Of a stretch of DNA of 64,000 nt, positions 57,588 through 64,000 are shown piece by piece (position 1 is the first letter of the stretch; each line of letters starts with the position of its first letter). The stretch is taken from positions 434,582 to 498,581 of the forward strand of contig JAYRXE010000037.1 in NCBI GenBank assembly GCA_041917695.1. Direction: 5' to 3'. Both the position numbers and the translations under genes were made by a program. The notes under the pieces were generated by a model. That model made no database searches, was not told where the DNA came from, and was given only the letters and a program-made list of their open reading frames with translations. The stretch comes from Minisyncoccota bacterium. GTDB taxonomy: Bacteria > Patescibacteriota > Minisyncoccia > UBA6257 > GWB1-50-10.

Positions 57588-58004
57588 TTATTTGGTGAAA
57601 AAATTTTTCAATGCGGTAGCGATCGCTTCGCAGGCTCCGGGTTTCACAATACGGTCGAATGAAATGACCATAACGATCGCTTCATAGCGGGTAGTGAGAA
57701 ACACGCATCCTTCTTCGTTCGCTTTCCGCTCGTGGAACTCCGAATAACTCGGAATGTCCATTGTGGAAAAAACATGCGGAGATACGTCCGAGCAGATAAT
57801 CACCACCTTTCTCGTGATATGAGGCGGGTTCGGTTCTTTCGCAAAATCATGAAAAGAAACCGTACTGTTTTGGAATGGCTCCGGCAAATTTCCGCCCGCA
57901 CAGAATTCTGCGAACTTTTCATTGAAAAGCTCGTGGTAGGCGGTGGCGACGCTTCCCTTCCCCGACTCTTCCACAAGGAGGATGGGGATGCTGTTTTCTG
58001 CCAT
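57588..58004 (-). CDS. Hypothetical protein
   Basis: 138 aa, with its own terminator and no recognisable family. Confidence 0.4.
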   Translation of the reverse strand: MAENSIPILLVEESGKGSVATAYHELFNEKFAEFCAGGNLPEPFQNSTVSFHDFAKEPNPPHITRKVVIICSDVSPHVFSTMDIPSYSEFHERKANEEGCVFLTTRYEAIVMVISFDRIVKPGACEAIATALKNFFTK

Positions 58005-58108
58005 ATAAAACGCTCCTTTCTGTTTGCGCTACGTGTTAAGCTGGCTGAACTCATGGAACTCCTTTCGGTTTTTGCTGTCAAATAAAAAGCCGCCAGCGGC
58101 GGCTTTGG

Positions 58109-58558
58109 TCATGGAGCGGATACGTGCCCCACGCAATACTCCCGATGCATGGCATCCACGCCCTTCAGAAAAAGAGCATACTCTTCCTCGTCCATGCTCG
58201 TATTCGGACACACCACGAACGGAACGACCCGCTCCAGGTGAAGGATGAGGAAGTTGCCCGTGGACGGATGGGGCGCTACCGACCAGTCATTCGTCTCCTG
58301 CCGTTTGAGATATTCAAGATATTCGCGGTTTCCCACCAATATCCGCGCCTTGCTTCTGAAAAAAAACTCGAATTGCTCCGCAAGGGGCTTGTCTTCGTTC
58401 GAATGGATGATGATATCCGGCCGAGGACGGAACCCGTTCCGCAAACGGGGAACAAAAAAATATTCAATGAACTCCTGGCTTTTTCGTATGTCATTCCGGC
58501 TGTCGGAGCCGTTCACCGGAAAATAAAAAAAGGCAAAGATGTTTATTTCGTTTTCCAT
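58109..58558 (-). CDS. Hypothetical protein
   Basis: 149 aa, with its own terminator (aaagccgccagcggcggcttt at about 58083-58105) and no recognisable family. Confidence 0.4.
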   Translation of the reverse strand: MENEINIFAFFYFPVNGSDSRNDIRKSQEFIEYFFVPRLRNGFRPRPDIIIHSNEDKPLAEQFEFFFRSKARILVGNREYLEYLKRQETNDWSVAPHPSTGNFLILHLERVVPFVVCPNTSMDEEEYALFLKGVDAMHREYCVGHVSAP

Positions 58559-58633
58559 GGCGCCTCCGCGCTTAAATTTTTAAAAAAAATGTTTCTGGAA
58601 AAATTTAACCCCCGATAAACGGGGGTGTCAACT

Positions 58634-58984
58634 TTAGGCAGCTGCGAAAAGCTCTGGCTGTGAAACCTTTTCAAAAAAGGCCATGCATTCATGGAAGTTA
58701 TGCTCTTCCTCAGCCTCGGTGACAGGGATTTCCTTATAATCCTTATCCTCTTTGGCATAGGTATTGAGCACTATCCAAGCTCTCTGCCTGCACTGCTTTT
58801 CAATACTTCGGGGAGGTTCTACATATACATGCGAACCGTAATTTTTGTATCCGATGCGTGTCATTTTCTTCCCATCTTCGCTGACAAGAAAAGTGAACTC
58901 CATAGCCTCGTACGTGACTACGACGGTGCGATGGTTATCGCTTACGGACTCAACATGAATCGGATCAGGAATTTTTGGTTCCAT
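58634..58984 (-). CDS. Hypothetical protein
   Basis: 116 aa, with its own terminator (acccccgataaacgggggt at about 58606-58630) and no recognisable family. Confidence 0.4.
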   Translation of the reverse strand: MEPKIPDPIHVESVSDNHRTVVVTYEAMEFTFLVSEDGKKMTRIGYKNYGSHVYVEPPRSIEKQCRQRAWIVLNTYAKEDKDYKEIPVTEAEEEHNFHECMAFFEKVSQPELFAAA

Positions 58985-59146
58985 GATTATCTCCTTTTGA
59001 TTAATTAATATTTACTGTTTTTATTATACCATACGAAGCATATAAAAGTCAATAATTCCAAAGTTTTGTCAAGGTGTCCTACCCAGCTCTGACGCAACGG
59101 AAGAGTATAATGGGTGCAAAGGTCGAGAAAAGCTATTTTTAAAAAA

Positions 59147-59476
59147 ATGAAGAAACTTTTCGTGGTTTTGAGCGTAATGGCAATGATGTTCAGCCTCTCT
59201 TCGGTCGCCCTCGCAGGCGGCGGAAGCTCGCAGGTCTCCTACACGTACTACGATACGCAGGCGGACTATGCGAACGGCGTTGGCACGGCAGTCACCTGCA
59301 ACCCGACGAGCCCCTCCGGCGACTACATCACCTGCTTCATTGACGATGAGGATCGCGCCTGGGGCATTGTGGTCGATACCGACCGCGCCTGGGGCATTGT
59401 CGTCGACGATCGCGCCTGGGGCATTGTCGTTGATACCGATGGCAAATCCTTCGGCATTGTCGTTGATACCGACTAA
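59147..59476 (+). CDS. Secreted small protein with four tandem DRAWGIVVDTD-like repeats
   Basis: Signal peptide MKKLFVVLSVMAMMFSLSSVALA. A Cys-containing segment (TCNPTSPSGDYITCF) precedes DRAWGIVVDTD, RAWGIVVDD, RAWGIVVDTD and GKSFGIVVDTD. A strong terminator follows (aaaaaactccttcgggagtttttt at about 59489-59520). Confidence 0.55.
   Translation: MKKLFVVLSVMAMMFSLSSVALAGGGSSQVSYTYYDTQADYANGVGTAVTCNPTSPSGDYITCFIDDEDRAWGIVVDTDRAWGIVVDDRAWGIVVDTDGKSFGIVVDTD
59351..59473 (+). repeat. Tandem in-frame DNA repeats (about 27-33 bp, four units) within the secreted peptide gene
   Basis: cgcgcctggggcattgt(g/c)gt(c/t)ga... occurs three times, followed by a diverged fourth unit ggcaaatccttcggcattgtcgttgataccgac. 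Confidence 0.7.
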
Positions 59477-59639
59477 TTCCGTTTTTTCGGAAAACAAAAA
59501 ACTCCTTCGGGAGTTTTTTGTTTTGAGCGCCATCGTGGAGCCCACCGGCCGGCAGATAGGGATGTTAGAATCGGATTGTGGCTTGGGGGTAATAAAAAAG
59601 AGGGGTCTTAATCCCTCTTTCTGACTCAATGCTTAAAAC

Positions 59640-60008
59640 CTAATGATTCATAACGTACCAACTTTTGTACGCACGTAAATTTTTCTTTGAGAGTTCTTTT
59701 TCGGGGTAAGGACCTACTATTTTTGATGGCATAAGATTCATTTGGGATCTCTGTTGATCTCTAAATAATAGCTCAGGATCTGAATCGGACTGAGCTAATA
59801 CAATTACATTATTTATATTTGTAGCCCCTAAGCACTTATGCTTTTTTGCTTGATTGATTAATGCAGTGATATATTCTCGTATATCTTGTGATATCGTAGA
59901 TTTAAACAACTCCTCAAAAAATTTAAATTTAATTTTTTTCATTTCACTTTTTAAAATTATTAAAAAAATATCTGCAAGCAAAATACTACAAATCATAGCT
60001 TCTGTCAA
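59640..60008 (-). CDS. Hypothetical protein (AT-rich)
   Basis: A 122-aa ORF whose sequence is markedly AT-rich. It lies between the secreted repeat peptide and the tRNA-Glu-associated repeat. Confidence 0.4.
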   Translation of the reverse strand: MTEAMICSILLADIFLIILKSEMKKIKFKFFEELFKSTISQDIREYITALINQAKKHKCLGATNINNVIVLAQSDSDPELLFRDQQRSQMNLMPSKIVGPYPEKELSKKNLRAYKSWYVMNH

Positions 60009-60045
60009 TATTTTGAGAAACGGGACTAGTCGAAAACATTTTCGA

Positions 60046-60214
60046 ATTTAGCCCACGGGAAATCTCACGTCGTCACTCCGCTCCTCCTTAAGAACCCACG
60101 GTTCTTAAAAGATTTCCTCCACGGGAGCGTTGCGCCGCTCCCGACCCCATACGCTTCGATTCCCTGAGCACCCACACTAAAACAACTCCTTGAAAGGAGT
60201 TGTTTTAGTGTAAG
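60046..60214 (-). repeat. tRNA-associated structured repeat element, copy 3 (downstream of tRNA-Glu)
   Basis: The reverse complement of 60086-60164 is gggaatcgaagcgtatggggtcgggagcggcgcaacgctcccgtggaggaaatcttttaagaaccgtgggttcttaagg. This is nearly identical to copy 1 and includes a perfect 38-nt run. The element ends in a degenerate copy of the tRNA-Glu 3' end (agcccacgggaaatctcacgtcg). Adjacent to the tRNA is a 15-bp-stem hairpin aaaacaactcc-ttgaaa-ggagttgtttt. Confidence 0.7.
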
Positions 60215-60286
60215 TAGCCCCACGGGGAATCGAACCCCGATTTTTGCCGTGAGAGGGCAATGTCCTAGCCGTTAGACGATGAGGCC
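60215..60286 (-). tRNA. tRNA-Glu (anticodon CUC)
   Basis: The minus strand reads GGCCTCA-TC-GTCT-AACGGCTA-GGAC-A-TTGCC-CTCTCAC-GGCAA-AAAT-CGGGG-TTCGATT-CCCCG-TGGGGCT-A. The acceptor stem has two G-U pairs. The overall sequence is close to canonical tRNA-Glu. Confidence 0.8.
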
Positions 60287-60298
60287 AACGGAATTCAT

Positions 60299-61600
60299 TT
60301 AATCGTAAAGCCCCGGCTTGCGCAACCACTCAGGCTCCTGGCGAATCAGCAATTTCTCCGCCTGCGTTACGTCCGGAAGCAACGCTTTCACCACGCGCTC
60401 AAGACGCACGCCTTGCGAGCCCTTCACGAGTATCACGTCCCCGCGCTGGACCTTCTGCGCCAATTGCATGGCAAGCTCGTGCACGTTCGAGAATGAAAAT
60501 ATCTTTTTTCTCGGCATGCCTGCCGCAACGGCTCCCTCGCCGATAATCTTCCCGCGAATGCCGATGGTGAAAAGCAGGTCGGCGCTGTCGCGCGCCATGC
60601 GTCCCACGCTTTCGTGCGCTTCGAGCGTGCGGGGCCCGAGTTCCAGCATGTCTCCGAGGACAGCAATCTTTCGCTTCGCCGGCACCGATTTCAAGACCGC
60701 GAGCGCCTCTTCCATCGAGAGCGGAGCGGCGTTATAGGTGTCGTCAATCACGAGCGACTGTTTCACGCCCTTCAAGACGCGCTTCCTGCCTTTGGGCGGG
60801 AGGAACTCCGAGAAAATCTGGCTCGCGTTCAAAAGATTCACATTGAAAAGCAGGCCGATCGAAACCGCCGAGGCAATCGAGTAGGCGGCTGATTTGCCGA
60901 GCGAGCCCACCACGCGGAACGGGACCACGCTCCCGCCGTAGGAGAGTTTGAAACTCACGCCCATCGCGTGCTCTTCCACAAAATACCTGAAATTCAAAAT
61001 GCGCACATGCGCCTCCGGCGAAAAGCCGAAAGTAACCGTATGCGCGCGTGTAAGGGACTTTGCCGAACGCACCCGTTCATCGTCGGCATTCAGAATGGCA
61101 AACCCCGTCGCCGGGAGCGCGGCGATGAGCTTCGCCTTTTCCTTAAACATGGCGTCCGTTCCCGTGAAAAACTCGATGTGCACCGGCGTCTCCCCCATCG
61201 CCGTAAATACGCCGATATGGGGTTTCGCAATCTCAAGGAGGCGCTTCATGTCGCCCGGCCGGTCGATGCCGTACTCAAGGACCACCACCTCCGGGTATTC
61301 CTTGTTCCGCGTGACGATTTGCCGGAAGGCGGTCCACATGACGCGCACCCAGTAGCCGAGACCCGAGGGCGTCCCGAAATCGCCGATGATGGAAAGCGGG
61401 ACGCCCAGTTCGTTGTTGAAATTCTTCGAAGGCGCCCTGACGATGCGCTCGTTCTTCAGGATGCGCGCAATCGCCTCCTTTGCGGAGGTTTTGCCGACAT
61501 TTCCCGTTATGGCGATAATCGCCGGTTCATAGCGCGCGACAATGAGCCGGGCAAGATATTTCAGGACCGACTCGAGAACGCGCACGAGTATTTTTTTCAT
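60299..61600 (-). CDS. murF: UDP-N-acetylmuramoyl-tripeptide--D-alanyl-D-alanine ligase (Mur ligase family)
   Basis: The ATP-binding motif reads ITGNVGKTSAKE, and a Mur ligase central and C-terminal domain are present. Its position directly after ftsI matches the dcw cluster order. Confidence 0.8.
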   Translation of the reverse strand: MKKILVRVLESVLKYLARLIVARYEPAIIAITGNVGKTSAKEAIARILKNERIVRAPSKNFNNELGVPLSIIGDFGTPSGLGYWVRVMWTAFRQIVTRNKEYPEVVVLEYGIDRPGDMKRLLEIAKPHIGVFTAMGETPVHIEFFTGTDAMFKEKAKLIAALPATGFAILNADDERVRSAKSLTRAHTVTFGFSPEAHVRILNFRYFVEEHAMGVSFKLSYGGSVVPFRVVGSLGKSAAYSIASAVSIGLLFNVNLLNASQIFSEFLPPKGRKRVLKGVKQSLVIDDTYNAAPLSMEEALAVLKSVPAKRKIAVLGDMLELGPRTLEAHESVGRMARDSADLLFTIGIRGKIIGEGAVAAGMPRKKIFSFSNVHELAMQLAQKVQRGDVILVKGSQGVRLERVVKALLPDVTQAEKLLIRQEPEWLRKPGLYD

Positions 61601-61604
61601 CGCG

Positions 61605-63206
61605 TTACTGCTCGAGGTTATCTGGTGGAATATGGTAGTAGTTCAGGAGAAACTCCGCAAGTTTCTTGAACGTGGGCACGACCGTGAGGCCGGCCGCTTC
61701 GCCGTGCGCCGGCCGTTCGAGCTTCACCAGCACGGTGAATTTGGGGTCGGTAGCGGGCGCAAAACCAATGAACGTGTGGATCATTTCTTCGGTATACCTC
61801 CCGCTCTTCGGATCGGCGATGAACGCCGTACCCGTCTTTCCGGCAATGTTGTAGTTCGGAATGACCGCGACGCGGTTCTTTACGACGGTCGACGCGAGTA
61901 TCTCGCGCACGGTCTTCGCCGTTTCAGGCTTCACGACCCGGTGCACCACTTCGGGCTTTTCGCTTTTCAAAATATACGGCTTCATGAGCACGCCGTCGTT
62001 CGCGAGCGCGGAAAAGGCGTTGATCATGGCGAGCGGCGTCACCGAAACGCCCTGTCCGTACGCTGCCGTGCCGAAATCGATGGCGCGCACATCTTTGCGC
62101 ACGAGATTCCGCAAATTGCTCACGATCTCGCCGGGAAGCGAGACGCCGGTTTTCTCCGTAAAGCCGAATGCGGAAAGATATTTATAAAAAGTTTGGTGTC
62201 CCGTGAGGCGCTCTGCATAGATGGCGCCCGTATTGATGGAATTCTGGATCATTTCCCGCATCGTTATCTTCCCGTACACGCGATCCTCGAAGTTGTGGAT
62301 GGTCATGCCGTTTAACGTGAAACTCCCCGTGTCTACGAAGGTGGTTTCGGGGGTCAGCGCGCCCGAATCGAGACCGGCGGCGAGCGTAAGCGGCTTGAAA
62401 ACGGAACCCGGCTCGTAAATGAGCTGAACCGCGGGATTCAAGAAGTTCTTCAACTCCGCCTGGTTGTATTCGTTCGGATCGAACGTCGGATTCGATGCCA
62501 TCGCGAGGATTTCGCCGGTCTTCGGGTTTTGGACGATAATCGTCCCGCCTGCGGCGCCGTACTCGGCAACCAGATTTTCCAGGAGCCCTTCCGCCGTGTC
62601 CTCGATGGCGCGGTCAATCGTGAGGTGCACCTCCTCTCCGCGCGCGAGCTCCGCATCGAACATTTTCTCGATGCCGTAGAGCCCTTCCGGCGTTCGGGTT
62701 TCACCCCGCTTGTCGACGAAGCCAACGACATGCGCGCCGAGTTCTTTGAACGGGTAGTACCGCCCCTGGCGGTTCTCGATTGATACGCCTTTCAGTTTCA
62801 AATTTTCTATCTGGACGACTTCCTCATCGGTGGCACGCGGGAGAAGCAGAAGGTATTCGCTCCCCTCTTCTTTTTTCTCCGCGATTTTTTTCGCCAATTC
62901 CCCCGCATCCATATGCACGATGGGCGCGGTAAGCGAGGCCGCGGCACCCGGGTCCTGGACATCGCGGGGCGAAACGAAAATCGAAGGATAGTCCTTTACG
63001 AGCGCGACCGGCACGTCGCTTCCCGAACGGTCAGTGAAAAAGATCTGCCCGCGCTCGGCGATTCCCTGCGTGTCAGCCTGCGAACCGCGCGCTTCTTCCG
63101 TAAAGAGGTCGTTGCCGTGTATCTGTACCGCATAGAGGCGGGCGCAAATTCCCCCATAAAGGGCGATAAAGACGGCAAAGACGAGGAAGAAACGCGTTTT
63201 CATCAC
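61605..63206 (-). CDS. ftsI: Peptidoglycan D,D-transpeptidase (class B penicillin-binding protein, FtsI/PBP2-like)
   Basis: An N-terminal TM anchor and the transpeptidase motifs SVFKP (SxxK), SIN (SxN) and KTGT. Confidence 0.9.
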   Translation of the reverse strand: MMKTRFFLVFAVFIALYGGICARLYAVQIHGNDLFTEEARGSQADTQGIAERGQIFFTDRSGSDVPVALVKDYPSIFVSPRDVQDPGAAASLTAPIVHMDAGELAKKIAEKKEEGSEYLLLLPRATDEEVVQIENLKLKGVSIENRQGRYYPFKELGAHVVGFVDKRGETRTPEGLYGIEKMFDAELARGEEVHLTIDRAIEDTAEGLLENLVAEYGAAGGTIIVQNPKTGEILAMASNPTFDPNEYNQAELKNFLNPAVQLIYEPGSVFKPLTLAAGLDSGALTPETTFVDTGSFTLNGMTIHNFEDRVYGKITMREMIQNSINTGAIYAERLTGHQTFYKYLSAFGFTEKTGVSLPGEIVSNLRNLVRKDVRAIDFGTAAYGQGVSVTPLAMINAFSALANDGVLMKPYILKSEKPEVVHRVVKPETAKTVREILASTVVKNRVAVIPNYNIAGKTGTAFIADPKSGRYTEEMIHTFIGFAPATDPKFTVLVKLERPAHGEAAGLTVVPTFKKLAEFLLNYYHIPPDNLEQ

Positions 63207-63493
63207 TCGGAATAGGTGAAATAGTGCGGACGGCGCTCCAAAACGAGCGCGGAGGCGGTGGCAGCCGCTTCAAGCACGCGGACGTCGGTTGCCGCATACA
63301 AATCGCGCTTGAGCTCTGCATTTTTGACTGCCGAGCGCTCTATCGAGCTCGAGAGCTTCCGTTCTTCGGCGCGGAGCGAGGCAAGCCCGTTATATTGGAG
63401 CACGAGCGCGACGCCGCCGACCAAAACGATGGCGGTCAAATACGCCAGGAATTTTACGTTGTTTTTTTGCTGGGAGGGATTGAATATCGTCAT
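63203..63493 (-). CDS. ftsL: Cell division protein FtsL-like (small bitopic membrane protein with a coiled coil)
   Basis: A 96-aa protein with a TM helix (FLAYLTAIVLVGGVALVL) and a coiled coil. It sits between rsmH and ftsI. Confidence 0.6.
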   Translation of the reverse strand: MTIFNPSQQKNNVKFLAYLTAIVLVGGVALVLQYNGLASLRAEERKLSSSIERSAVKNAELKRDLYAATDVRVLEAAATASALVLERRPHYFTYSE

Positions 63494-64000
63494 ATGATTT
63501 TTATTGCGCGGAGTTTCGACGATCGCGAGCGCGGATTCTCCGAAATCTCACGCTCGGTGGGAACGATGGGACGCTTGGTAAGGAGTTCGGCCTTTTTCGC
63601 GGCGCCCAGTTTGCGGAAGGCGTCTTTCACGAGCGCGTCCTCAAGACCGTGAAAGGAGATGACGGCGACGCGTCCGCCGGGCGCCATAATCTCCGGTATT
63701 TTTGAAAGAAAAGCCTTGAGGGTGCCGACCTCGTCGTTCACGTAGATACGGATGGCCTGGAAGGTAAGCGTTGCGGGATGGATGCTTTTCGCGCGGGGCG
63801 CGCCTTTCACCCGTTCGACGACCCGGGCAAGCGCGCGCGTCGTGAGTATCCGTTCATTTTTCCGTTCCGCGACGATTGCATGCGCGATGCGGCGGGACGC
63901 CCCTTCTTCGCCGTAGACGTGGATAATCTCGTGAAGCGCTTCCTCGCCGAAGGTGTTCACCACTTCCGCGGCGGTGATGCCGTTCCGCCGGTCGTAGCGC
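63490..64000 (-). CDS. rsmH: 16S rRNA (cytosine1402-N4)-methyltransferase RsmH/MraW; only the C-terminal part is in the window
   Basis: ...GGRVAVISFHGLEDALVKDAFRKL...ENPRSRSSKLRAIKII matches the RsmH C-terminus. The frame continues past the window edge. Confidence 0.85.
   Translation of the reverse strand, partial: RYDRRNGITAAEVVNTFGEEALHEIIHVYGEEGASRRIAHAIVAERKNERILTTRALARVVERVKGAPRAKSIHPATLTFQAIRIYVNDEVGTLKAFLSKIPEIMAPGGRVAVISFHGLEDALVKDAFRKLGAAKKAELLTKRPIVPTEREISENPRSRSSKLRAIKII

Noticed and set aside
59069-59629. A 186-aa minus-strand ORF antisense to the secreted tandem-repeat peptide gene.
   Set aside because: It runs antisense across a gene with a clear signal peptide and terminator. 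Its repetitive Asp/Asn/Ala/Pro-rich product is a mirror-frame artefact of the tandem repeats.

Overview
This 64-kb window is about 58-60% GC by eye and mostly coding, from one bacterial chromosome. Gene content and layout fit an uncultivated, possibly CPR/Patescibacteria-like lineage, but that placement is tentative.

Identifiable core genes:
- rpoB-rpoC, then rpsF-ssb-rpsR, all on the minus strand.
- rpsL-rpsG-fusA on the minus strand, with no tuf after fusA.
- Part of the dcw cluster (rsmH, ftsL, ftsI, murF); ftsEX; ftsW/rodA; mltG; tpiA; glmS; xseAB; a tRNA-dihydrouridine synthase gene; and class II B12-dependent ribonucleotide reductase (nrdJ).
- A 23S-5S rRNA pair with no 16S rRNA and no spacer tRNAs.
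- Seven tRNA genes: Asn, Lys, Gly, Pro, Thr, Glu, plus the Asn-associated repeat locus.

Accessory content:
- A copper module, csoR-copA-HMA/DsbD_2-cupredoxin-like, with a perfect CsoR-type palindromic operator.
- A block of small stress-type genes: ECF sigma factor, cupins, VOC/glyoxalase proteins, TspO, YdeI, and an XRE HTH regulator paired with a membrane protein.
- A UvrD-family helicase with a C-terminal PD-(D/E)XK nuclease.
- A very large acidic coiled-coil protein in an operon with two small unknowns.

The main finding is a conserved, structured repeat of roughly 130-215 nt that sits directly downstream of three different tRNA genes (Gly-CCC, Thr-CGU, Glu-CUC). It is always in the same orientation relative to the tRNA and ends in a degenerate copy of that tRNA's own 3' end, which is the layout of an attL/attR scar. 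A related direct-repeat arrangement flanks a small AT-rich one-gene island at tRNA-Asn. Low-GC cargo ORFs lie next to the Thr and Glu loci.

The release factor 2 gene beside one of these islands lacks the whole N-terminal domain 1 and has no programmed-frameshift site. A secreted peptide with four tandem DRAWGIVVDTD-like repeats sits next to the tRNA-Glu island.

Coordinates I derived by hand, not from the ORF track (tRNAs, rRNA ends, repeats, terminators), may be off by 1-3 nt.
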